Shown: in pieces, positions 8,362-16,446 of the stretch
Layout: every line of letters starts with the position of its first letter
How positions within the stretch are numbered: position 1 is the stretch's first letter
DNA from: Candidatus Brocadiia bacterium
GTDB taxonomy: Bacteria > Planctomycetota > Brocadiia > SM23-32
NCBI GenBank assembly: GCA_046538485.1
Contig: JBKHIT010000068.1
Coordinates: forward strand, 1-22,282
DNA length: 22,282 bases
Direction of reading: 5' to 3'
Program-made: the position numbers and the translations under genes
Notes under the pieces: model-generated
Seen by the model: only the letters and a program-made list of their open reading frames with translations
What the model was told of the DNA's origin: nothing
The model's database searches: none

Positions 8362-9374
8362 TACCCTCCGCTGCCCGCAGCGGTCTCGGTTCTCTCATAG
8401 CGAGGTTCGGTCCTTTGCCGCTCGGTCCCGTTGGTCTCATCCAGCCGTTTTATCTCTACCAGAGTGTCCTCTATGAGCTGATGGTTGCTGGCCACCATAT
8501 CCGCCAGCACCCCCACCATGCCCAGGAGGAAGGCGACCATAATGAAAAGGGCCGAAAAAATGAGGGATTGGACGTGCCCGGCGCCCGAGCCCGTGAAATA
8601 GTAGATAAGGAACCGCAGACATCCGGCGGAGCCCAAAAGGAACAGCAGCAGTGCGGGCACCTCGAACACCTTGAGCGGGTGGACCATTACGGCAATACGG
8701 AATATGTCCCGGGCCTGCCGGGCCAGATACGCGGGAAGGCTGGAGAACAGCCTGGATTCACGAAGTTGTTCGTTCACGCGGATGGGAACGTTTTTGAACT
8801 TCAGACCGCGCCGGGCGGCGCGAATGAGGGTTTCGGTGCAGTGGCTGTAGTCCGACAGCAGGGTGAGCTCGCGTGCGGCCGTCGCGCTGTAGGCGCGGAA
8901 TCCACTGGCGGCGTCCTCCACTCGGACACCGGCACATTTGCTGACCATCCATGAGCCAAGCCGCTGCAGGCGCTTCTTGAGCCAGGAGAAGCGTCCTATC
9001 TGCTCGATTGGACGTGCCCCAATGACGACGTCCACCTCCCGTTGCACCACGGGTTGGACCAGCGATGGGATATCCTCCCCGCAGTACTGGTTGTCGCCGT
9101 CGGTGTTGACTATTACGTCTGCGCCGGCCCGCAGGGCGGCCTGCAGCCCCGCCGACCACGCAAAAGCCAGCCCCCGATTGATTCCCAGATCAACGATATG
9201 ATCGACGCCGTGTTCCCGAGCGACCTGGACGGTGGAATCAGTGCTCCCGTCGTTTATCACCAGCGTCTCTATTTCGTCAACCCCGGGGATCTCTTCCACC
9301 TGCGGGAGGTCCCGTAGCGTAACCGGAAGGGTTTCCTCTTCATTATAGCAGGGTATTTGAATTATAAGTTTCAT
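8361..9374 (-). CDS. Glycosyltransferase family 2, polyprenol-phosphate (DPM-synthase-like) with two C-terminal TM helices
   Basis: MKLIIQIPCYNEEETL, INDGSTD, NRGLA, NTDGDNQY (DxD), DAASGFRAYS. ATG 9374 has GAGGGG upstream; the ORF-track extension to 9662 is not credible. Confidence 0.93.
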   Translation of the reverse strand: MKLIIQIPCYNEEETLPVTLRDLPQVEEIPGVDEIETLVINDGSTDSTVQVAREHGVDHIVDLGINRGLAFAWSAGLQAALRAGADVIVNTDGDNQYCGEDIPSLVQPVVQREVDVVIGARPIEQIGRFSWLKKRLQRLGSWMVSKCAGVRVEDAASGFRAYSATAARELTLLSDYSHCTETLIRAARRGLKFKNVPIRVNEQLRESRLFSSLPAYLARQARDIFRIAVMVHPLKVFEVPALLLFLLGSAGCLRFLIYYFTGSGAGHVQSLIFSALFIMVAFLLGMVGVLADMVASNHQLIEDTLVEIKRLDETNGTERQRTEPRYERTETAAGSGG

Positions 9375-9473
9375 CTGACTTTTTCCCCTCTTCTTGTTTC
9401 CGGGGGCTGGACCACCAGGACCCACTTCCAGAACTTGCCCCGACCCCGGGCAATGAGCGATAAGAGAGAAAGA

Positions 9474-9503
9474 ATGGTACCCCTCCGAAAGCCCTTTTGT
9501 CAA
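9474..9503 (-). promoter_or_regulatory. Putative sigma70-type promoter of the glycosyltransferase operon
   Basis: Minus strand TTGACA (9503-9498), 18-bp spacer, TACCAT (9479-9474), 100 bp upstream of the GT2 start. Confidence 0.6.
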
Positions 9504-9574
9504 CCGACCACAGTTAGTTTGCCAGGACATGGTTCCCACCCGCGGTGTGGCGAACAGGAGTCCGTAGGCGTTGG

Positions 9575-9789
9575 CTCTGCACCGATTCGTGCTGAAAAAC
9601 AATTCCTGCCAGCACCAAATTCCACATCGCCCGGATGGGGTAATCATCGCGCCCCTTGCCACGCTCCCGTTCCAGCGTCTGCATCAGGGACTCGTCCGGG
9701 ATGGCCTCCAGCACCAGGCCCAGGCGATGCAGATCGCCCAGATTCTCGACATCTTCCCGGCAAAAGAGTCTCGTTTGTGGTATAGCCGT
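9575..9789 (-). pseudogene. N-terminal transposase fragment (DUF772-type, IS5/IS1182-like)
   Basis: Frame reads (ACG)AIPQTRLFCREDVENLGDLHRLGLVLEAIPDESLMQTLERERGKGRDDYPIRAMWNLVLAGIVFQHESVQS, resembling a known transposase N-terminus. The start appears mutated to ACG and similarity ends near 9575. Confidence 0.75.
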
Positions 9790-10029
9790 TGTGCATAGGA
9801 GCTGTGGGGACGCACCATGGCATCTTATTGCTCAAACAGCGTTTACGGATTTCAAGAGGCCTCTCAGAGGGCTTAGCCTGACTTTACCACTTAGTTTGGC
9901 GGAAGAGTCGTAACGTGTGTTCTGATAATGGGTTACGAGGCGGGTCTGTGTATTGCCCCCAGGCCATTACCTCTCCGATATCCAGCGCCTCGGCCAGGCG
10001 CAGCTGCTGGGGGGACATTCGGCTGTGGC

Positions 10030-10362
10030 TCAGCCGGCCTTCGCCCCGCTGCGCAGACACAGCAACCTGAATAAAGTGATGAATCCGGTCCGGTTCCGGA
10101 CGCCAAAAAGCTCCGATATGTCGCGGGAATAGAAACTATCCAGCCATTCCTCAAAACAACACGGGCCCAGATCAGCATTCAGCAACCTCTCGGGGAAACC
10201 TCCCCGGATCGGCCGGTAAAGGAAATCCCGAACATCGAAATTGCCCAGGCATTCCCTCCACAATACCGGGAACAGGTGCACTGAGAATTTGCGTCCGGTG
10301 AGCGTATCCCGAAATTTTTCGGTGGCTGCAAGCGTTGAGGATCCGGTGGCCAGAAATTTCAT
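10030..10362 (-). pseudogene. Internal fragment of an AAA_14/DUF4143-type ATPase
   Basis: LATGSSTLAATEKFRDTLTGRK...RGGFPE...WLDSFYSRDISELFGV are typical internal motifs. The Walker A/B region and C-terminus are absent. Confidence 0.75.
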
Positions 10363-10421
10363 TCCGGGTCGGCCACCTGCCGCTGCGTTGAGGGGATGTC
10401 ACAGTTGAAATACCGGGCCCC

Positions 10422-10575
10422 CTCAATCTGTCCACACAGAACCGTTTTACCAAGGCGACGGGACAGGCGGACAAAAAGTTTCAACGCAACCATTATGATC
10501 TCGATGATCTGGCGGGCACGTGGGACGAGGAGGAGAAAGCGGAATTCGATGAAGCGGTTGCGCCCTTCTCGCAGA
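10422..10575 (+). pseudogene. C-terminal fragment of a putative type II antitoxin (VapB/FitA-like); not in the ORF track
   Basis: Frame with a codon at 10452 reads KATGQADKKFQRNHYDLDDLAGTWDEEEKAEFDEAVAPFSQ. This resembles the DLDxLAGTWxEEE..EF tail of small proteins usually found upstream of PIN toxins. No toxin gene follows. Confidence 0.55.
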
Positions 10576-10589
10576 CGTCATTGGCCATC

Positions 10590-10688
10590 CCGCTTCTGGC
10601 ACCTCGCATCCCGTATCCCGTCACCAACTCATAACTCTCAACTGCAGCCCCGTCCTGTGGCCGTCCGCCGTCAACTAACAACCAACAA
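10590..10688. repeat. Degenerate 7-bp periodic repeats
   Basis: CCGCTTC TGGCACC TCGCATC CCGTATC CCGTCAC CAACTCA TAACTCT CAACTGC (10590-10645) and CCGTCCG CCGTCAA CTAACAA CCAACAA (10661-10688). Confidence 0.6.
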
Positions 10689-11052
10689 GTGTCGTTCCGC
10701 CGCTTAGCCTGGATCTTACGGATGCAGACCATATAAAACGGCACATGCCGTTCAAGCGTAAGAACTTACAACAACAAAAAGTGTTTCACAATTTACGGCC
10801 AGTGCTACTCTGCCGGAAGAGGTCTGTATGTTCCTTGTGAAAAAGGCGTTAAAGCAAATCGTTTCGCAACATCGCGTTCGACTCGTTGCTGATCACGAAT
10901 TTTAAGTTGTCAGATTTATGCGCCGTTTTTTTTAGTCCGGATTTTTGGCTCAGAATGGTTATGAACGGTGTTCAATAAACAAGCCGCGTGCAATTTGGCA
11001 ATAGTGGGTTCAAATTATCCGTAAAATCCGGGGGAGGGAGTGTTTCTTGACT

Positions 11053-12201
11053 TCAACTTTCATACGTGTCCGGGGTAACAGCATCCAGACATGCCTGTGT
11101 TCCGGAATAAAAGGATGGAAGATGGAGCGATTCGTTTTTGGTATGTGCTTCTCCTGATGTTCCCGGCCCAAAAACAACAGCCGGTATTCCGGCCTCATTG
11201 TGGAAAACCGTGGAATCGGTACGCGACATAGTTATTTCAGGCGTGGATTGGAAACCGTTTTTCTTTGCCGCGGATATGCAGTTTTGAATTAGTTCTGTTT
11301 TTTCACAAAAGTGACCGGGGATAGAACTGGTTGTTGTGAAACGGACATAATCATCTTCATAGTTCTTTGCCAGAGCGGTAATTCGATCTTTTATTGCTTT
11401 TTCATCCTGGCCTGGAAACAGACGACAGTCCAAACCTATAAGGCATCGATCCGGGATAATATTACGGCCTTGCATGGCATGGATCTCTGTCAGGCTGACA
11501 ACGCTTTGAAGTTCAATTGTTTTGCCGAGAACCTGAGTTTCTGTTTCTGGCATTTTTTCAGAGACAAAACATTTCTGAAACCGGGTAACAAAGTCGGCTG
11601 CTCTATAAACGGCATTGTCGCCGTTGTCCGGATCGCTGCTATGGCCGGCTTTTCCCCTGACGGTAATATCCATCCGCAATATCCCTCCGCAGCCAGCCTC
11701 GACGTTCATCTGGGTGGGAGATTTGACGGTGGATTCCAGAACAATTGCCTCGGTGGCATCGGCCCGGCGCGCCGCGCCAAATGCGCCATTTGTCCCACCA
11801 GCTCCGCCTTCCTCCCAGACTGTGAAGGCAAAGATTAAACGGCGGGGGAGGTCCTGGCCGCTCAGAACGCGGGCAATCTCCATCATGGCCGCCACCCCCG
11901 CTTTGCAATCCGACGCACCGCGACCTATTAGACGATTGTCCTGAATGCGTCCCGAATACGGGTCGCCATCAAAACCCTGCACATCAACGGTGTCCAAATG
12001 TGCATTAAGAAGAAGTCCATCCCCATGTCCGATGGTTCCGATGATATTTCCGTCTCTGTCACGATAAACCGAATCCAGTCCGGTGTCTTTGAGTTCATGG
12101 AGGATATGGTTGGAAATAGAATCTACTTCTTGATGGCTGGGGATTTGAACAAGTTGTTGCGCGGTATCCCGAAGGCGAGTCCGATTGATTTCCATTTCCA
12201 T
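11053..12201 (-). CDS. M20 family metallopeptidase/deacylase (ArgE/DapE-like)
   Basis: Metal-ligand motifs NAHLDTV, GRGASDCKAG, TVWEE, VLE, GKAGHSS and FGPG...AHTKNE. AAAGGA upstream of ATG. Confidence 0.9.
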   Translation of the reverse strand: MEMEINRTRLRDTAQQLVQIPSHQEVDSISNHILHELKDTGLDSVYRDRDGNIIGTIGHGDGLLLNAHLDTVDVQGFDGDPYSGRIQDNRLIGRGASDCKAGVAAMMEIARVLSGQDLPRRLIFAFTVWEEGGAGGTNGAFGAARRADATEAIVLESTVKSPTQMNVEAGCGGILRMDITVRGKAGHSSDPDNGDNAVYRAADFVTRFQKCFVSEKMPETETQVLGKTIELQSVVSLTEIHAMQGRNIIPDRCLIGLDCRLFPGQDEKAIKDRITALAKNYEDDYVRFTTTSSIPGHFCEKTELIQNCISAAKKNGFQSTPEITMSRTDSTVFHNEAGIPAVVFGPGTSGEAHTKNESLHLPSFYSGTQACLDAVTPDTYES

Positions 12202-12335
12202 TGTCCTTTTGTCCTGTGTACGGATGATTCCATGTGCTAAAAACCTCGGTCCGTCTCTTTAGTATGTGGGTAACCGGCTATTATTCACATTTGCAGACAA
12301 TTCGAAAGTTACAAACGGGTAAGGGATGACGTCCA

Positions 12336-12580
12336 GTATTGTGTGTAATCAGGCTTGAATAAAAAAGGCGAGCCGTTAACATCTCCAAATCGACGTTAAC
12401 ACTAATCTAATGGAGCCGCTAAGATGACTCGCGAGGACGCGATGGTAAGGTTTGCCGGCTCTTTGGCAAGGTGCAGTTTCTGATACTGACGATCCGTTGC
12501 GTCGGTTGGTGGAAGTGATGCTCCAGAGGCTTCTGGAGGAGGAGATGACCGCTCACCGGCATGCGGCGCCGAATGAGCGA
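12336..12580 (+). mobile_element. Left-end remnant of a second, different IS256-family element
   Basis: GGAG then ATG 12424 (MTREDAMVR), a +1 frameshift, then LPALWQGAVSDTDDPLRRLVEVMLQRLLEEEMTAHRHAAPNER, typical of IS256 N-termini. Truncated near 12580. The left boundary is approximate. Confidence 0.7.
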
Positions 12581-12844
12581 CCGGCGGTCGCCGGGGCTCT
12601 CGAGCCCACCTCTCCCCTTCCCGGCTCCCTCAGGGAACTCATCAGCCGGGCCGAGCTTTTCTATTGGTACACCCTGTACTTTGGCCCGAAAAGAAAAAAT
12701 TCATCTCGGCCTGTTTAATACCCCTCAACTGATCGTAGAATGATTCCGAATCAAAAATATGCTAACATCCGGAATCTGCATCATGTAGAATCGCAGCTGC
12801 GTTTCTTTTTTCAAAATTACGTCAAGCGTTGAGGAGACTATCGC

Positions 12845-13867
12845 ATGGAACTTCACCTGTCGCCGTCCGAAAAACATCGTCATCTCATGTCCCACATCAC
12901 GCCGTCAATGGGCTACAACGGCGGCGACGTCGCTGAATGGCAAAACAAACTCCGACCCAAACTGCGCACATTAATCGGCGATATGCCGTCCGAACGTTGC
13001 GATCTGAACGTTCGCCAGATCTGGAAACGCGACCATCCGCTCGGGACAATCGAGAAAATTGCTTTCACCTCCGAACCCTATTCCGACGCCCTCGCCTACG
13101 TCTGTCTCCCTGAAGAGGCCGATCCGCCCTATACGTTCTTTATCTGCGTGCAGGGACACTCAAGCGGCATGCACAATTCCATCGCGGTCGAGCGGGAGGA
13201 CGAAACGAAACCCCTGGAGGTGGAAGGTGATCGGGACTTCGGCCTGGTATGCATGCGTCGAGGCGTCGCGGCCCTGTGCATCGAACAAAGATCTTTCGGC
13301 GAACGCCGCGAACAAAAACAGGAAGCCCGCTCGGATCGGCTCTGTCAGGAAGCAGCAATGCACGCCCTGCAACTCGGCCGAACCCTCATCGGAGAACGCG
13401 TCTACGACGTCGATCGCGGCATCGATTATCTCCAGTCCCGAGGCGACGTCGATATGGACAACATCGGAGTGATGGGCAATTCCGGTGGCGGCACCACCAG
13501 CGTCTTCTCGGCGGCCGTGCTGGAGCGACTCGCGTACGCCATGCCGTCCTGTTACTTCTGTACCTTCAAAGACTCGATCATGTCGCTCTACCACTGCGAG
13601 TGCAACTACGTGCCGGGTCTTCTGAAAGTCGCTGAAATGTCGGATGTTATGGGACTTTTCGCCCCGCGTCCCGTCGTCATCGTCGCCGGTAAAGAGGATG
13701 AAATATTCCCCATCGGCGCCGTGCGCCGATCGTTCGACGAGTTGCAAGAGATTTACGCCGCCTGTGGCGCCGAAGACCGCTGCCATCTCGTGGTCGGCGA
13801 CGGCGGACATCGTTTCTACGCGGACGATGCATGGCCGGTAATGCTGGGAGAAATGGAACGGGCATGA
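12845..13867 (+). CDS. Alpha/beta hydrolase (acetylxylan-esterase/dienelactone-hydrolase-like), paralog 1
   Basis: Nucleophile elbow MGNSGGG, acid in GKEDEIFP, histidine in GGHRFY. Strong RBS GAGGAG. No signal peptide evident. Confidence 0.9.
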   Translation: MELHLSPSEKHRHLMSHITPSMGYNGGDVAEWQNKLRPKLRTLIGDMPSERCDLNVRQIWKRDHPLGTIEKIAFTSEPYSDALAYVCLPEEADPPYTFFICVQGHSSGMHNSIAVEREDETKPLEVEGDRDFGLVCMRRGVAALCIEQRSFGERREQKQEARSDRLCQEAAMHALQLGRTLIGERVYDVDRGIDYLQSRGDVDMDNIGVMGNSGGGTTSVFSAAVLERLAYAMPSCYFCTFKDSIMSLYHCECNYVPGLLKVAEMSDVMGLFAPRPVVIVAGKEDEIFPIGAVRRSFDELQEIYAACGAEDRCHLVVGDGGHRFYADDAWPVMLGEMERA

Positions 13868-13941
13868 GGATGCGGATTTGTCTTTAGCAGACAGATTTAT
13901 AGTGCACTTTCGAAATTAGGACATGAAAAAAGGACGCAAAG

Positions 13942-15000
13942 ATGTCAGAAAAATATGACGAGCAGACATTGTCGTATCTGAAGGATCTTTACGGTGCCGA
14001 TCGACGGAACCATGCGTTTGGCGGGGATTCGCTGTCGGATTTCAAAAACTGGACCCACAACGCGCGGCCAGCTCTGCGTGAGTTGATCGGCCTGAACCGT
14101 ATCCGAAAGGATGCGGGCCATTTCACCCCCTCTTTCGAACTTCAGGATGCGGAACAACTGCCAGATTACACCCGACAGAAATGGATCATGGAGACAGAAC
14201 CGGGATTCGAGGTGCCGTTCTGGTTTCTGGAACCCGCAAACGATGGTCCTCACCCTCTGGCCATCTTCCCCCACGGACATTACAGCAAGAACGGTCTGGA
14301 CTGCGCCCTCGGGATTGCCGATACACCCGAAATGGCCGAGAAAATCGAGAAACAGGACCGTGACGTCGCGATTCAAGCACTCCGAAGGGGTTTCGCGGCC
14401 ATTGCCCCGGCAACGCGCGGCTTCCACCCGGCCGATATCCCGGACGTCACCGGACGGCACGGCAAGCGTGACTGCCGCAGTCATCTGATGCATTCGTTGC
14501 TTGCCGGCCGAACAGTGATCGGCGAACGCGTCTGGGATCTGGAGCGGTTGATCGGCTGGGCATCGGAGCGAACAGAAATCGACACCTCAGAAGTTTTAAT
14601 GATGGGGAACTCCGGAGGGGGAGTTGCCACGTTGTATGCCGCTGCCTGCGACGAACGGGTGACGACCGCCGTTGTGAGCTGTTCGTTCTGCCCTTATGTG
14701 GGGAAGAATGGGAAATTGCACCATTGCGATTGCAACATTGTGCCCGGCGTCATGAGATTCGGCGGCATTCACGATGTCGCCGGTCTTATCTGCCCCCGAA
14801 GGCTCCTTATCATCAACGGCCGGGAAGATGCCCTTTTCCCGCCGTCCGAAGTTGACCGCGCCGTCTCGGGCGCAGAAAAAATCTTCCAGGCCGCCGGAGC
14901 GGAGCAGAACTTCCGTCATTGCTACGGTTCAGAGGGGCATCGCTTCTACGCGGATTTGATGTGGCCGTGGGTAATGGAAACCGGGAAGAATAAAGAGTAG
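13942..15000 (+). CDS. Alpha/beta hydrolase, paralog 2
   Basis: MGNSGGG, GREDALFP, EGHRFY. Shares GRTxIGERVxD and HCxCNxVPG with the upstream gene. AAAGGA upstream. Confidence 0.9.
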   Translation: MSEKYDEQTLSYLKDLYGADRRNHAFGGDSLSDFKNWTHNARPALRELIGLNRIRKDAGHFTPSFELQDAEQLPDYTRQKWIMETEPGFEVPFWFLEPANDGPHPLAIFPHGHYSKNGLDCALGIADTPEMAEKIEKQDRDVAIQALRRGFAAIAPATRGFHPADIPDVTGRHGKRDCRSHLMHSLLAGRTVIGERVWDLERLIGWASERTEIDTSEVLMMGNSGGGVATLYAAACDERVTTAVVSCSFCPYVGKNGKLHHCDCNIVPGVMRFGGIHDVAGLICPRRLLIINGREDALFPPSEVDRAVSGAEKIFQAAGAEQNFRHCYGSEGHRFYADLMWPWVMETGKNKE

Positions 15001-15116
15001 GTTTCTGGAGACGCAACAGCCGCTTAAAACCTCCGAAGTCCCCTTGAAGTAAACCGGCTTCCAAACACGGTGCCGGTGCCGGCGGCCCCAGGTCCTTCCC
15101 CTGGCACTGGCACATA

Positions 15117-15262
15117 AGCAGACCGGACTTCAGAACCGCTCGCGCGGGGCTGGAGTTCAGAATGCGGACCTACAGCTACCTCGCATTTCCCAACGTTTGT
15201 GCGCCTCAATCCCCGCGAGCGGACTGGACTTCAGCCGGAGGCTGGAGTTCAGAACGCGGACC
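15117..15262 (+). repeat. Two direct copies of a REP-like intergenic repeat (15117-15170 and 15217-15262)
   Basis: Consensus AGCRGACYGGACTTCAG-spacer-GGCTGGAGTTCAGAAYGCGG. A third, inverted copy lies at 21448-21500. Confidence 0.85.
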
Positions 15263-15363
15263 ATAAACCGACAGGTCTCGCAGCAAAAAAGCAGAACGCC
15301 CAACGCCAAATCCGCCTCGTCCGCCGTAGGCGGAGACCGACAGCTCCCACAAATCCCATTAAT

Positions 15364-16305
15364 TCATTCTTCATGCGCGTTCGCGACGGTCTCGATGGCC
15401 TCAAGGTGGGTCTCACGCCAGTCTTCCGTTGTGGCGCGCCAGTCGGCCATCATGAAACCCATCAATCGATCGTCAGCGATGCGTTCCCGGCACCATTCCA
15501 CCAGCGATCCGTAATTTTCCGGGGTTTCCCAGGTGCTGCCGGTGGGAATCTGATCGTAGCCCATCTCCTCCAGCCACTCGAAAGCCTGCAACGCCACGGG
15601 GACCTCTTGTCCGGGAAACTGCGGCGAATAATACCAGTTGCTCTGCACAACCGAACGGGGCATCGATTGCGCGAATTTTTCGCGATCAGCGTTCCAGAGT
15701 ACGTCCGACCAGGCCCACGCCCGGCTGCCTTTCTGTTCGACCCTCTCCACGTAGAAATTCAGGTCGTGCCACCACAATTTTCCCTGGCGGATCACGGCGT
15801 ATTGCAGGTTTTTCTGATGCGCCCAATCTTCCTCATCCATCCCGATGTGGAACAGTTCCGGTCCGTCGAAAAGCTCGCAGATTTCCCCGATCAGATCGGC
15901 GCAGACCTCGTAATACTGCGGCGTTGACAGACAGCGGGAGTATTCTCCAAGCCAGGCGTCGTGGCAGGCGGAAAAATTCAGTTTGGGAAAGGGCTCGAGT
16001 CCACACTCGCGGCAAAATGCAAGTTCTTTACGGAGTTTCTCGCCCGCCCACGCGCCTTCCACGGCGATTTCGGGATGACTCGCGTAGCGGACGGCGTCGC
16101 CGAGATCGATCAGCACCGCGTTCATCCCCGCATCGGCCATTGTCTTTATACACTCGCGCCAAACTTCTTCATGGAACCCCAACACAGGATCGTAATGCGT
16201 GTCCCGCTGTCCCGGCGAGGAGTCCGGGGGAGCCGGCGTATCGCCCCACATGTTATAGCTGAGGTGGAGGAGGTTTGCTTTTATCATTTTTTTTGGGTCT
16301 TTCAC
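15364..16305 (-). CDS. Uncharacterised TIM-barrel protein, GH20 (hexosaminidase)-like
   Basis: IKTMADAGMNAVLIDL, YASHPEI, FHIGMDEE (compare the GH20 HxGGDE motif), WSD and SNWYY. The start may be ATG 16287. Confidence 0.6.
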   Translation of the reverse strand: MKDPKKMIKANLLHLSYNMWGDTPAPPDSSPGQRDTHYDPVLGFHEEVWRECIKTMADAGMNAVLIDLGDAVRYASHPEIAVEGAWAGEKLRKELAFCRECGLEPFPKLNFSACHDAWLGEYSRCLSTPQYYEVCADLIGEICELFDGPELFHIGMDEEDWAHQKNLQYAVIRQGKLWWHDLNFYVERVEQKGSRAWAWSDVLWNADREKFAQSMPRSVVQSNWYYSPQFPGQEVPVALQAFEWLEEMGYDQIPTGSTWETPENYGSLVEWCRERIADDRLMGFMMADWRATTEDWRETHLEAIETVANAHEE

Positions 16306-16446
16306 GGGGTTGTAGTCAAATACTCTGAAAGCGCTGGCACAAATTAAACGTATGTTTTACAGTAGCCGCGGATTGCGCGGACAAAATCCGTCACCGCCAA
16401 TGCGGCCGCTCGAATCCAGATCCGCATTTTCAGACAGAGCCTGACA

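Noticed and set aside
7397..8440. 347-aa alternative-frame ORF on the minus strand
   Set aside because: Arg/Gly/Pro-rich shadow frame of a very GC-rich gene, with no motifs.
9375..9662. 96-aa N-terminal extension of the GT2 in the ORF track
   Set aside because: It overlaps the promoter and transposase remnant; ATG 9374 has an RBS and a canonical GT2 start.
10493..10744. 83-aa minus-strand ORF (and 10396-10707 on +)
   Set aside because: They span the heptamer repeats and antitoxin remnant, with no coding signature.
15117..15262. Repeats as a mini CRISPR array
   Set aside because: Only two imperfect copies with variable interiors, no cas genes, and a dispersed inverted copy elsewhere.
15199..15927. 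242-aa plus-strand ORF
   Set aside because: Antisense shadow of the GH20-like gene, starting inside repeats.
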